A DNA stretch of 33,406 bases from an uncultured Clostridiaceae bacterium (GCA_964636935.1 CAZWVS010000003.1:1-33406), one strand, 5' to 3'; counted from the first letter of the stretch, positions 9,051-19,322 are shown. Numbers and translations: made by a program. The notes: generated by a model not told the origin, from the letters alone.

Positions 9051-9345
9051 TGTTGTCCTCCGTATGCACTCGGATTGCAAATGTCCGTTCAGAGCCTTAA
9101 GCAAATAATTTCTTGTGTTTGAATCCCCTCAATTGGGGCATCACTACACAAGCCCTATATATAAACTTATACTCATGCGGCTTTAAAGGATATTACCCGT
9201 TGGCTTGTTTTTATTTTTTCGGGGGTGAAAATCCGTCACCCGTTCGGGCGAACCCGGTATATCGACCCATTGTTTTACTTTTTTTGTATATGAAACGATA
9301 TTCCTTTTTGATATACTTGTTTTATCATTTACGGGGGGCAATATC

Positions 9346-10164
9346 ATGCAGTTTGACACAGGTGCAATTCTATTTGCTTTCGGACTCACTCTTTTAGCAG
9401 GTCTTTCCACGGGAATAGGAAGCGCCATCGCTTTTTTTGCAAAAAGGGCGAACACCAAATTCCTTTCCATATCATTGGGTTTTTCAGCCGGCGTCATGAT
9501 ATATGTCTCAATGGTTGAGATATTTGTCAAAGCCAGGGATTCCATAGCTGGTGAGCTTGGGGACAAACCGGGATACTGGGTAACTGTTGCGGCTTTTTTC
9601 GGGGGGATGTTCCTTATTGCAATGATTGACAAACTCGTGCCCGAAGTGGAAAACCCCCATGACATGAAAAGCATGGATGAAATAGGGCATTTGGACGAAC
9701 ATGACCCACACGGGAAATTGATGCGCATGGGTGTTCTCACCGCCCTTGCAATTGGCATCCATAACTTCCCCGAGGGTCTTGCCACATTCGCGGCGGCGCT
9801 TAAGGATCCCTCCATCGGAATAGCAATCGCCGTCGCCATAGCCATTCACAACGTTCCTGAGGGGATAGCTGTTTCCGTCCCTATCTACTACGCAACGGGC
9901 AGCAAGAAAAAGGCTTTTAAATGGTCGTTTCTTTCAGGCTTATCAGAGCCCGTGGGCGCAATTGTAGGGTTTTTTATACTCATGCCTTTCATGAGCGATG
10001 TTGTTTTTGGAATCGTCTTTGCTGCGGTTGCCGGAATAATGGTGTTCATATCCGTAGACGGACTGCTTCCAGCCTCCAGGGAATACGGCGAAGCGCATCT
10101 GTCCATTTACGGCATCGTGTCGGGTATGATAGTCATGGCTATAAGCCTGTTGCTGTTCGCATAG
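9346..10164 (+). CDS. zupT: ZIP-family zinc transporter ZupT
   Basis: The His-rich loop reads [19 protein letters not shown]. The motifs HNFPEGLA and [24 protein letters not shown] match ZupT. Confidence 0.9.
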   Translation: MQFDTGAILFAFGLTLLAGLSTGIGSAIAFFAKRANTKFLSISLGFSAGVMIYVSMVEIFVKARDSIAGELGDKPGYWVTVAAFFGGMFLIAMIDKLVPEVENPHDMKSMDEIGHLDEHDPHGKLMRMGVLTALAIGIHNFPEGLATFAAALKDPSIGIAIAVAIAIHNVPEGIAVSVPIYYATGSKKKAFKWSFLSGLSEPVGAIVGFFILMPFMSDVVFGIVFAAVAGIMVFISVDGLLPASREYGEAHLSIYGIVSGMIVMAISLLLFA

Positions 10165-10180
10165 TTTTTAAAAGCGCATT

Positions 10181-10209
10181 AAAAAAGGACGGTGTCAAAC
10201 CATCCTTTT
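10181..10209. terminator. bidirectional terminator between zupT and the GH38 gene
   Basis: AAAGGACGG-TGTCAAA-CCATCCTTT forms the stem with one mismatch. An A-tract and a T-tract flank it. Confidence 0.6.
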
Positions 10210-10223
10210 GAATATTGTGATTC

Positions 10224-12716
10224 TTATATCCTTCTTTCCAACAGATCCGTTTCATATATTTCCCCGGTTTCAAGCTCCACTGCGAGCGTTTTGAATTCAA
10301 ATGCCCCCAGTCTGCATTGGAAGCTTTTCTTTATGATCGGGAATTTGATATCGAATTCCTTATCAACCGAAAGCGGGTTGAATATCCTGATGGCATACCT
10401 GTCCCTTTCGCCTGCGAGCTTGATTGCGGGAACCACGATATTTTCGTCATCTATCTCCACAAACCCTTTTGTTTCACGTCCTTCGCCGTTCGGGAAAAAA
10501 GATAGAAGCATGGGCTTTTCGCTTATGATGTTCGCTTCCCTCTCGACAAGCGCGGTCCTTTCATCGGACGTCCCGGCATTGAAGTAGAATTCGTAGTCGT
10601 GCTCGCCCTGGTCGATATAGGGTGAAAACCTGTCCTGCGGCATGATGAAGGGGTCCCTCTCTGAAAAATCCGATTTGCCGGCGGAGTAGCCGGGTGAACG
10701 AAGCATTGTTATCCTTGTTTCCCCATAGAGGCAGTCGGAACCGTAGGTCCCGTTGTTTATGATTGTCACCGCCCTTTTACCGTCGGTAAGCATATTCCAT
10801 TTCTGGCTCACCATTTCATCGCCGTTGGCATATAGCTTTTCTTGTCCGTATGCTGTCTGACCTATGTATTCCGCCTCGTCCAGCGATGTCGGCACGGACA
10901 TCTTCAGCATTTTTCTTTTCTCGTTCCAATACACCTTTGTTGTGACTTTTACCTGTGTCCCGTGTTTTGGCAGGTAATATCGCTGCGTGATGAAAGAATG
11001 GTTGTATTTCATCACCACTTCCACTATTGAACGCACTTCCCCGTCCTCTATGACCCTTACCGAATCCACGTCTTTTTCAAGAATTCCCGAAAAACCGATT
11101 CCCTCCCCGGGATCCATGACTTTGAACTTGCCGGAATAGTTCCTGAAATTCTTTTCCTTGTGCGCCCATGAATTTTCATCGTCGACCATGACAATCGGAA
11201 GGAACGCATCGCCTTCAATATAGTCGAAGCCGTCCCTCTCATATTTGTCCATTGCGCCTGTTTGGGCATTTATCCTTACATAAATGTCCCCGTTGCTGAA
11301 ATCTATATAACCGTTCTCGATTTTCAAACCGAAATCATGCTTTTTTGGTATCATTATGAGTTTGACATCGAATCTGTTGACCGAATTGGGTTCGAGCTCC
11401 GCATAAAAAACGCTTTTCTTTCTCCAGTCCACATTGAAATTGGATGATTCATGCTCCGTCTGACTCGGTATTTTTTCGCCGTTGCGGTAAACAACGGGCA
11501 TTGCAAACAAATTGCGGTCTTTGTTCTGATCAGGCATCTGGAATTCGCAATGGAAAATCCCGCTCACTTTGAATGGGTGGGGATTGTATGCCATTACCGG
11601 AATCACGCCCTCATCCGCTTTCTCCTGATCCGCGCAAAGGGAAATGAAAGCTCTGATCTTCAATCTTCTAAGCTCTTCAAGGGCATGGCCCGCAAGTTCG
11701 AGGCTGAACCTTTCCACTTCCGGTATCGACGACCCGGGCAGTATGTCGTGAAACTGCAGGAGCATAAGGTCTTCCGACACCTTGCCGAGTTCTTCCGAGG
11801 GGTATTCGAAGAGTCCGTTGACAGCGGCGTGGGCAGCCATTTTTTCTGTCAGATACAGCTCGTTTTCCAGTCTTCTGTGCTGCATCTTTATACGGATCTG
11901 CGATGTATAGCATCCCGTATATCTGGGGTTAAGAGTCTTGTCGTATACCGGCATCGATGCTTCGTCTGGTTTTAGTTCGTTGAAATATCCTTCCGGAGTC
12001 GATTGGATCAGGTTCCATTCCCGTTCCCTTTCGGCCATCTTTTCTATTTTTTTTAAATCTATTTCAGAGGGCCCTCCCCCGTGATTTCCGATACCCCATA
12101 AAACGAGGCCTGTCTGCCTTTCGCCGTTATGGTCCATCCATCCCTTTATTTTTTCATCTGCTTCGCCCCTGTGGGACTCGTAGGAGTTATATGCCCTTTG
12201 CATCATTATGGTCGAGCCGCAAAAGCCTTTCCACAGGAAGTCCTCGGCAGGCAGTTCGAGCATGTCCGGTTCAGGTCTGCAGAATATATATGAATCGTAA
12301 TTCGCTTTTTTCAGGATTTCGACAAGGCCGCGTGTATGTCCGAAGGCGTCGAAATTTATAGCGGTGGTGGGTTCGACATTGAATTTCTCAATGAAATACT
12401 TTTTGCCCGACAATATCTGCCTTACAAAGGATTCTCCGGAGGGCATGTTGCAGTCGGGCTGGAGGTACCATCCGCCCATTATATGCCATTTCTTTTCAGC
12501 TACAAGGATTTTTATTCTTTCGAAAAGCTCCTTGTCGTATTCCTCCACCCATTTATATAAAATCGCTTCATTGTGATTAAACACAAATCCCTCATATTTA
12601 TCACAAAAATCGGCGGCTATCCTGAACGTTGACAGGGTTTCGGCAATGCCTTCCTCTATCTCCCACAGCCATACGGGGTCGATATGGGCGTTGCAAACAA
12701 GATGTAGGTTTTTCAT
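10224..12716 (-). CDS. GH38 alpha-mannosidase (cytoplasmic)
   Basis: The N-terminus reads LVCNAHIDPVWLW, followed by GGWYLQPDCNMPSGESFVRQ. It is about 830 aa with no signal peptide. ATG 12716 has GGAGA 6 nt upstream. The ORF-track start at 12722 is a TTG. Confidence 0.9.
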   Translation of the reverse strand: MKNLHLVCNAHIDPVWLWEIEEGIAETLSTFRIAADFCDKYEGFVFNHNEAILYKWVEEYDKELFERIKILVAEKKWHIMGGWYLQPDCNMPSGESFVRQILSGKKYFIEKFNVEPTTAINFDAFGHTRGLVEILKKANYDSYIFCRPEPDMLELPAEDFLWKGFCGSTIMMQRAYNSYESHRGEADEKIKGWMDHNGERQTGLVLWGIGNHGGGPSEIDLKKIEKMAEREREWNLIQSTPEGYFNELKPDEASMPVYDKTLNPRYTGCYTSQIRIKMQHRRLENELYLTEKMAAHAAVNGLFEYPSEELGKVSEDLMLLQFHDILPGSSIPEVERFSLELAGHALEELRRLKIRAFISLCADQEKADEGVIPVMAYNPHPFKVSGIFHCEFQMPDQNKDRNLFAMPVVYRNGEKIPSQTEHESSNFNVDWRKKSVFYAELEPNSVNRFDVKLIMIPKKHDFGLKIENGYIDFSNGDIYVRINAQTGAMDKYERDGFDYIEGDAFLPIVMVDDENSWAHKEKNFRNYSGKFKVMDPGEGIGFSGILEKDVDSVRVIEDGEVRSIVEVVMKYNHSFITQRYYLPKHGTQVKVTTKVYWNEKRKMLKMSVPTSLDEAEYIGQTAYGQEKLYANGDEMVSQKWNMLTDGKRAVTIINNGTYGSDCLYGETRITMLRSPGYSAGKSDFSERDPFIMPQDRFSPYIDQGEHDYEFYFNAGTSDERTALVEREANIISEKPMLLSFFPNGEGRETKGFVEIDDENIVVPAIKLAGERDRYAIRIFNPLSVDKEFDIKFPIIKKSFQCRLGAFEFKTLAVELETGEIYETDLLERRI

Positions 12717-12796
12717 ATGCAATCTCCAAATTAGTTACTAATGAACATTATATATTTATAAGCATATAAGTCAACATGAACAATTTGCTCCGAGGA

Positions 12797-12825
12797 TTGC
12801 AATTACCTGCCTTATTTTATATAAT
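12797..12825 (+). promoter_or_regulatory. sigma-A-type promoter for the lipid kinase gene
   Basis: TTGCAA (12797-12802), an exactly 17-nt spacer, then TATAAT (12820-12825). It lies about 28 nt upstream of the start codon. Confidence 0.65.
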
Positions 12826-12852
12826 TTCTGCATTACTGTTAGCGGGGTGGGC

Positions 12853-13743
12853 ATGAAACATCTTTTTATAATTAATCCGGTGGCCGGGAAAGGGAACGCG
12901 ATGTCATTTGTTCCCGCAATTCATAATTTCTTTAAAGACAGAGATGACGATTACAATATAGAAATTACCGACAGCCCGGGTCACGCAAAGGACATTGCAC
13001 AATCATATTCCCAAAAAGGCATCTGCAGGATCTATACTGCGGGCGGCGACGGAACCCTCAATGAAGCCTTGAACGGGATGGCAGGCACGCAATGCATGCT
13101 TGGTGTTCTTCCGGCTGGTTCCGGAAACGATTTTATAAAAAGCATATACAAGAGCAGGAATTATGACGACATTCTCGAAAAAACCATTAAAGGCACTGCA
13201 AAACCCATCGACTGCGGAATTATAAACGACAGGTATTTCATCAACATAATGTCCGTGGGTCTGGATGCCGAAGTGGCCTATTACTCTGCAAAAATCAACA
13301 AGAAGCTGCACCTGCCCGGCAATCTTTCATATTACCTGGGGATAGTCGCAGCGTTAATCAAGGGCAAGCTTAAATTCCCTTTAAAAGTGACTCTAAACGG
13401 CTCGGAGGCCATAGAAGCCGAAATAACCCTGGCAGCCTGCACAAACGGCAAGTACTACGGCGGCGGCTTCCTGCCCGTACCCTACACCGAATACGACGAC
13501 GGCATACTGGACCTATGCCTGGTGGAGGCCAAAAAACTGCTAGGCATCTTATACTTGATTCCCAAGTATAAAAAGGGCACCCATGTGAATATCAAAGGCG
13601 TCCATTTGAAGAAGATTGAAAAAATGACCATTGAGAGCGAGAAGCAACTTAAATTCAACATTGAAGGCGAATTGATTTTCGCCAAAACGGCAAACGTTGA
13701 AATTCGCAGGGAATTTATCAATTTCATAATCCCCTGCGAATAG
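12853..13743 (+). CDS. diacylglycerol kinase-family lipid kinase (YegS/BmrU/DagK-like)
   Basis: It has FIINPVAGKG and the GGDGTLNE motif. GTG 12847 is an alternative start. Confidence 0.85.
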   Translation: MKHLFIINPVAGKGNAMSFVPAIHNFFKDRDDDYNIEITDSPGHAKDIAQSYSQKGICRIYTAGGDGTLNEALNGMAGTQCMLGVLPAGSGNDFIKSIYKSRNYDDILEKTIKGTAKPIDCGIINDRYFINIMSVGLDAEVAYYSAKINKKLHLPGNLSYYLGIVAALIKGKLKFPLKVTLNGSEAIEAEITLAACTNGKYYGGGFLPVPYTEYDDGILDLCLVEAKKLLGILYLIPKYKKGTHVNIKGVHLKKIEKMTIESEKQLKFNIEGELIFAKTANVEIRREFINFIIPCE

Positions 13744-13767
13744 CGTTCACCCCATGAAATATTTGCT

Positions 13768-14799
13768 TTAGATTTTTACGGCTTTTCCTTTTTTTGCCGA
13801 TTCAACACATTTAACTATTATTTCAAGGGCCTTATACCCTTCGTATCCGGAAATCAGGACCGGCGTTTCTTCGATTATGTGGTTTACAAAAAGACTCATG
13901 ACTCCCGAATCAGTCTGTTTTTCGTTGGTCTGAATCTCACCGGCGTCTATTTTTTCAACTTTTTTATCTGCATATTCGATTATTATCGGACTGTCCGGGT
14001 CTGTGAAAAGTTTCAATGCGCCCTTTGTCCCGCGGATGACCGTTGAGTTGTCCTCGCCACCGTAATATGTCCAGCTGACTGTAAGCGTACCCACTACTCC
14101 GGATTTGGTTCTCAGCAGACACACCGCATTGTCGTCGACATTTATGTATTCACCGCTGTCGTATTTCTTGTCAATCGTAGTGGTTATCGCACTGACTTCA
14201 TTGATCTCCTCACCCAGGATATACCTCATAAGGTCGGCTTTATGAACACCAAGGTCGCCCATGGCGCCAAAAACAGCTTCCGCCTTGTTGAAGAACCAGG
14301 TTGAAGAGTTGCCTTCTATGCTCCATCCTTCAGCCCCCCTGTGCCCGAAAGTGGTGGCAAAGGTCAGCACCTTGCCTATTTTGCCGCTTTGTATTATTTC
14401 CCTGGCTTTTGCGTGTGCGGGTACCAGCCTTTGATTCTGGCCTATCATCAATTTTGCGCCGCTTTCCTCCGCGGCTTTGATCATCGCCGCCGCATCGGAC
14501 AGATTGCCCGCCATGGGTTTTTCGCATAGCACGTGTTTACCTCTTCGCAGAGCTTCAATTGAATACTTCGCGTGATACTTGTTCGGCGTGCATACCACGA
14601 CAAAGTCTATATCGTCGTCGTTAATCAATTTTTCCGGGGAGTCATAGACCTTACCGCCATATTTTCCCACTATGTATTCGGCTCTTTTTTTAACCGGGTC
14701 GTATGCCCCGTATAATTCACACTTTTCATTTGCGTCGATTTCAACAGCATGTCTTTTGCGACAAATCGAACCGCATCCGAGAACTCCTGCCTTTAGCAT
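13768..14799 (-). CDS. Gfo/Idh/MocA-family NAD(P)-dependent oxidoreductase
   Basis: It has the Rossmann motif GVLGCGSI and the LCEKPMA motif. The start codon lies 1 nt after the stop of the upstream gene. GGAGGG sits inside the end of that upstream gene. Confidence 0.85.
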   Translation of the reverse strand: MLKAGVLGCGSICRKRHAVEIDANEKCELYGAYDPVKKRAEYIVGKYGGKVYDSPEKLINDDDIDFVVVCTPNKYHAKYSIEALRRGKHVLCEKPMAGNLSDAAAMIKAAEESGAKLMIGQNQRLVPAHAKAREIIQSGKIGKVLTFATTFGHRGAEGWSIEGNSSTWFFNKAEAVFGAMGDLGVHKADLMRYILGEEINEVSAITTTIDKKYDSGEYINVDDNAVCLLRTKSGVVGTLTVSWTYYGGEDNSTVIRGTKGALKLFTDPDSPIIIEYADKKVEKIDAGEIQTNEKQTDSGVMSLFVNHIIEETPVLISGYEGYKALEIIVKCVESAKKGKAVKI

Positions 14800-14800
14800 T

Positions 14801-16831
14801 TTATAAACCCTCCTGTTCCAAAACTATTACTTCATATTCACCGAGACCGGGAATTTCAACCTCGCAACCGTCCTCTGTTTCAATTACATTATACTCCGTG
14901 CGGGTGTATATTCCGAAAGCCTTTTTTGCTTTTAGCGATGAAACCCCGACCGTGATGCCGGATACGGGGATGGTTTCCTCCATGGGTCTTCCCGGACCCC
15001 TTGTCATATTTACAAGGTGTATCATGACCCTTCCTGTTTCCTTTTGTTTTCTCAGGCTGACTTCCACACTTTGCGGCGCATTCGTACGGGTAAGGGGATC
15101 CGCCGTCTCAAGCACCCTGCGTTCAATGAATTTCCTGCTTTGGGGGTGGCACCATTTGCTGTAGTCCTCCCCCATTGTTCCGGAAACATATACTCCCGTT
15201 CCCTCACCGTATTTGCTTTTAGATGCGTATCCGAATCCCTCCGTGGGAAAGGCCACATATCTGCCTTCCATGGGATAATATGCCTTGATCATGATTTTTG
15301 CGTCATCCCGGGCCTCTATTTCCCACGCATGGCCGCAGACCGGCATCAGATCTTCTTCGATTTCTTCATATATCCGGGCATACCCGACTCCGACATCTCC
15401 GTAGCCGACCAGTCCGCCCCGTTTTATCCCCAGGACATCGTCCAGGGCCCCCGTCCCCCGTCTTACTCCGAGCTCGTCATACAGAGCCGTGTCATAGGTG
15501 CATATTATGTTGCCTCCGCCTTTTACGTATTCTTTTATCGCTTCGGCTTCTTCATCGGACATGCAGGCATATGTGGGGAATATCAGTAGGTCATATCCGT
15601 TTATCCTTCCATCGGTTATACAGTCCTGATCAGCTATGTCGTACTGCATATGGCTTCTTGTGAGCATGTCGGCAAACCCTTTGAGTGATTCGAGATGGTC
15701 GCCGTGCTTATCGCCCGTACCCATGCGTCCTTCATCAGTGAAGTCGGTCTTTATTATGCTTGAGGCATAATAGTTGGAAGTCGCGTCCGACCACATCAAC
15801 GCTATTTTAGCCTGCGATTTTGTTCCGGTCAGATATTGCTTGTTATCCTTTATATACCGGTTCATCTGCGCCGCTTTGCGGCCTGCGGGGCTTTTCATCA
15901 TTTTAGTCGGACCGTGTATCCCGTACCAGATGTTGGCCCCCTGCGCCAGTGAAAGCGCGTACAGCCTTGCGGTTTCGGGACCCGTATGCATGACATAGGA
16001 CCATGGTTTCGCGTCCCCGGCTATGAAAACGACATATGGTTTCCCGTTGGCTTTTGTTTCAATGTACTTGGCGTGCGTGGTTGTGTGGGTGTAGTCGAAT
16101 TCCTTGTTTATCCAGCAGAACCCGCCTTCCGTACCGAGAAAATCCACATAAGGGTAGACCTTTGAAGTATTGCTGCCGGTTACGTCCGCCCGCAAGGCCG
16201 AGTTGTTGATATATAGCCTTGTCTCAGGTCTTATCTCTTGTTTTAATTCATAAGTCGTTTTTATCATTTCCGTCACGGAATCGGTTCTAAATTCCAAAAA
16301 TTCATGAAGTTCGGCCCGAGTGATTTCCTTATTGTATCTTTGTTTGAATTTCTGCCTGCAATATTTACAATAACACCCGTTGCGCATGAAAACGGGACCG
16401 TCTAGAAACAGTCCGTCAAGCTTGTGTGAAAAAAGTTTTTTCAGATTTTTTTTATACTCGTCCATCCATGGTGTGTTGATGCAGATCAGATATTGATTTC
16501 CATAGACGATTATATCGTCCCCGTCCTTTGTTTTTTGCTTCCATTCCGGATGCTTTTCTATGGTGTTTTCATATACGCAGTGCACATTCCAGTAGAGGAT
16601 CTCCCTAAGCCCGTTCTTCCCGGCTTTTGCAAGATAGGCGTCCAGTTCTGCCCCGTCCCTTTCTTCGTTGTAATTGGAAACATGTCCTTCGGCATTCAGA
16701 TGAAGCAGCTGCTCGCCGTTGAAATCGTTCGCAATGACATGGTTTTTCATTATGTCATGGCTGTCTTCCCCGTAATTACACTGCACTGCGGACAGCACCA
16801 TGGGTTCATCGTACCATTTTTTATCTTTCAT
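14801..16831 (-). CDS. GH42-like/GHL6-type putative glycoside hydrolase with a beta-galactosidase-trimerisation-like (GATase1-like) domain
   Basis: The Cys cluster C-x35-CxCxxC (ICINTPW ... CYCKYCRQKF) resembles the GH42 Zn site. The middle domain reads LLIFPTYACMSDEEAEAIKEYVKGGGNII. There is no signal peptide. GGAG lies 6 nt upstream. Confidence 0.55.
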   Translation of the reverse strand: MKDKKWYDEPMVLSAVQCNYGEDSHDIMKNHVIANDFNGEQLLHLNAEGHVSNYNEERDGAELDAYLAKAGKNGLREILYWNVHCVYENTIEKHPEWKQKTKDGDDIIVYGNQYLICINTPWMDEYKKNLKKLFSHKLDGLFLDGPVFMRNGCYCKYCRQKFKQRYNKEITRAELHEFLEFRTDSVTEMIKTTYELKQEIRPETRLYINNSALRADVTGSNTSKVYPYVDFLGTEGGFCWINKEFDYTHTTTHAKYIETKANGKPYVVFIAGDAKPWSYVMHTGPETARLYALSLAQGANIWYGIHGPTKMMKSPAGRKAAQMNRYIKDNKQYLTGTKSQAKIALMWSDATSNYYASSIIKTDFTDEGRMGTGDKHGDHLESLKGFADMLTRSHMQYDIADQDCITDGRINGYDLLIFPTYACMSDEEAEAIKEYVKGGGNIICTYDTALYDELGVRRGTGALDDVLGIKRGGLVGYGDVGVGYARIYEEIEEDLMPVCGHAWEIEARDDAKIMIKAYYPMEGRYVAFPTEGFGYASKSKYGEGTGVYVSGTMGEDYSKWCHPQSRKFIERRVLETADPLTRTNAPQSVEVSLRKQKETGRVMIHLVNMTRGPGRPMEETIPVSGITVGVSSLKAKKAFGIYTRTEYNVIETEDGCEVEIPGLGEYEVIVLEQEGL

Positions 16832-16853
16832 AAGCCACTCCGGTTTATGGGTC

Positions 16854-17936
16854 TTAGAACGACCCTATTGTTTTTTCATCGAGTCTTTTTATTATTTCGG
16901 CTCCCCAGCTTACGGCATTGTCAAAGTCCTCAAAGGAACAGTAACCGTAATGGCTGTGGATATATCTTGCCGGCACACCGATTACGATTGTAGGAACTCC
17001 CATATGGGCAAGATGTATTCTTCCCCCGTCGGTTCCGCCTCCGGCTCTCACCGCGTCCTGAAAGGGGATTTCAAACTCTTTTGCCACTGAGCGGGCGAAA
17101 GCCAGAAATCCCGGATGTGTTATCATGCTGCCGTCCCTGTGGCGCACCTGGGGCCCTTTTCCCATTCCCGCCTGGCAGGAATATTCATCCGTATGTCCGT
17201 CATCCGCGGGCGTGCCTTCGAAAACTATTGCAAAATCCGGTTTTATTACATTCGCTGTGACTTCCGCCCCCCTGAGTCCGACTTCCTCCTGGGTCGATAT
17301 GGCCCCTTTCACGTCGACTTGCAGCTGTTCTTCTGCCAATGCGTTTAAAAGTGCAACTTCGCATGCGCAGCCGATCCTGTTGTCAAATGCCTTGGCCCTC
17401 ATGACCCCGTTTTTTTCGTTATATGTGAATTCGACGTCGGGAATGACAGGGTTGGCGACTTCGATTCCGAAATCCTCGACAACCTCCCGCCTGCTTCCGG
17501 CGCCGATGTCGATGTACATGTTGTCTATGCTGGGCGGGGATTTCCTTTCTGCTTCAGACATGAAGTGAGGGGGCTTTGATGTGGTTATCCCCTTTATGTA
17601 TTCCCCTTTATTATTCCTTATCCTCACGGCATGGGCTCCGACATTGGCCCCCTGCCATCCGCCTATTGCTATGAATTTAATAAGTCCTTTTCCGTTTATG
17701 GACTGGACCATGAACCCCACTTCATCTGAATGGGCGTCTATCATGACAACGGATCTTTTCCCCGTGTTGGATTTCAAATCCAGAAAGACATTTTTCATCC
17801 TGTCCCTGCGGTATGTGATATTTTCGCCCGTGAATCTACGGATTACTTCGGTCACTTCTTCCTCGAAACCCGATATGCCGTTTGCGTTTGTCAAATCCCT
17901 TATCAAATCCAATTTTTGCCGTTTATTCATTTTCAC
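16854..17936 (-). CDS. M42-family metallo-aminopeptidase (FrvX/CelM/YsdC-like)
   Basis: Motifs seen are IDAHSDEVGFMV, AFDNRIGCA, TQEEVGLRGA and the C-terminal RYIHSH. GTG 17936 overlaps the murA stop (GTGA). ATG 17930 is an alternative start. Confidence 0.9.
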   Translation of the reverse strand: MKMNKRQKLDLIRDLTNANGISGFEEEVTEVIRRFTGENITYRRDRMKNVFLDLKSNTGKRSVVMIDAHSDEVGFMVQSINGKGLIKFIAIGGWQGANVGAHAVRIRNNKGEYIKGITTSKPPHFMSEAERKSPPSIDNMYIDIGAGSRREVVEDFGIEVANPVIPDVEFTYNEKNGVMRAKAFDNRIGCACEVALLNALAEEQLQVDVKGAISTQEEVGLRGAEVTANVIKPDFAIVFEGTPADDGHTDEYSCQAGMGKGPQVRHRDGSMITHPGFLAFARSVAKEFEIPFQDAVRAGGGTDGGRIHLAHMGVPTIVIGVPARYIHSHYGYCSFEDFDNAVSWGAEIIKRLDEKTIGSF

Positions 17937-19204
17937 ACCCGCTCTCTTTTTATGTCTGCCCCGAGTTCTTCGAGTTTTTGTATGAATTTTTCATATCCCC
18001 TGTCGAGATATTCAAGATTGTATATCGTTGTAACCCCGTCCGCCATTAGTCCCGCAATCACAAGCGCTGCGGCGGCTCTCAGGTCCATGGCCCTTATCGG
18101 GGCGCCTATGAGTTTGTTCACACCGGTTATGATGGCCGTTCTGCCTTCAACCCTTATGTCCGCCCCCATCTGAAGCAGCTGTTCCACATACTGGAACCTG
18201 TTGTCCCAGACACCTTCGGTAATGGTGCCCTGTCCGTCGGCTATTGAAAGGAAGCTCACCATCTGCGGCTGCAGGTCCGTCGGAAATCCGGGATATTCCA
18301 TTGTTTGCAACAATACCCCTTTGGGTTTTCTGAGTCCTTTGACTTTTATCCAGTCGTCGCCTTCTTCTATGTCCGCGGCTTTTGTCTCACGGAGTTTCAC
18401 AGTCAATGATTCCATGTGTTCCGGAATCACGTTTTTCACTTTTATATTCCCTTTGGTCGCCACCGCGGCTATCATGAATGTCCCCGCTTCAATCATATCG
18501 GGGACGACACTGTATGTTTTGCCGCCGGATAGCCTTTCAACGCCTTTTATCCTTATAACATTGGTTCCGGCGCCCCTTATGTCGGCGCCCATCATGTTCA
18601 GGAAGTTCGCCACATCGACTATATGGGGCTCCCTTGCAGCATTTTCTATTGTTGTCATGCCGTCCGTCAGGGTTGCCGCAAGCATCACATTGATTGTCGC
18701 TCCGACGGATATCTTGTCAAAATACACCTGGGTTCCCGTCAGCTTTCTGGCTTTGGCCGCTATGTATCCTCCTGTGGTCGCAAACTGGGCGCCGAGTGCC
18801 TCGAATCCCTTTTTATGCTGATCCACGGGCCTGGGCCCAAAATTGCATCCTCCCGGGAATATGACTTCGGCCGAACCCGTTCTCCCCAAAAGGGAACCCA
18901 CAAGGTAGTATGAGGCCCTTATTTTGCTCAGGTCGTAGTTGTCCGCTTTGCTTTTATCTATATTTGTGCAGTTTATGATTGCCGTGCTGCTATTAACCCG
19001 TTCGACCCTGCCGCCAAGCTGCGATATAACTTCAAGCAGAATCCTGACATCCGTGATATCGGGAAGGTTCTCTATGGTCACTTCCCCATCTATGAGAATA
19101 GCGGCTGAAACCAATGCAACAGCCGCATTTTTTGATCCATGTATGTCCACTTCGCCTTTAAGGCGTTTTCCACCTTTTATAATCAATTTATCTTCTGTGC
19201 TCAA
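17933..19204 (-). CDS. murA: UDP-N-acetylglucosamine 1-carboxyvinyltransferase
   Basis: Motifs seen are LIIKGGKRLKGEVDIHGSKNAAVAL, the catalytic-loop FPGGCNFGPRPVDQH, and FPTDLQ. TTG 19204 lies 8 nt after AGGAG and is the preferred start. The ORF-track start at 19210 is also a TTG. Confidence 0.93.
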   Translation of the reverse strand: MSTEDKLIIKGGKRLKGEVDIHGSKNAAVALVSAAILIDGEVTIENLPDITDVRILLEVISQLGGRVERVNSSTAIINCTNIDKSKADNYDLSKIRASYYLVGSLLGRTGSAEVIFPGGCNFGPRPVDQHKKGFEALGAQFATTGGYIAAKARKLTGTQVYFDKISVGATINVMLAATLTDGMTTIENAAREPHIVDVANFLNMMGADIRGAGTNVIRIKGVERLSGGKTYSVVPDMIEAGTFMIAAVATKGNIKVKNVIPEHMESLTVKLRETKAADIEEGDDWIKVKGLRKPKGVLLQTMEYPGFPTDLQPQMVSFLSIADGQGTITEGVWDNRFQYVEQLLQMGADIRVEGRTAIITGVNKLIGAPIRAMDLRAAAALVIAGLMADGVTTIYNLEYLDRGYEKFIQKLEELGADIKRERV

Positions 19205-19299
19205 ATTCAAAACTCCTGTCTATGAAACGCCTTTTACAAAGGTTTTTTAATCTTTGAAAAACCTTCTCACCGTTCCTTTATATAATACATTTTTTCATT

Positions 19300-19322
19300 G
19301 ATTTATTCAAGATGAATAAATC
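19300..19322. promoter_or_regulatory. perfect 10-3-10 palindrome, a candidate operator
   Basis: The sequence is GATTTATTCA-AGA-TGAATAAATC. It lies in the murA/GH127 divergent intergenic region, 14 nt downstream of a TATAAT at 19281-19286. Confidence 0.45.
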
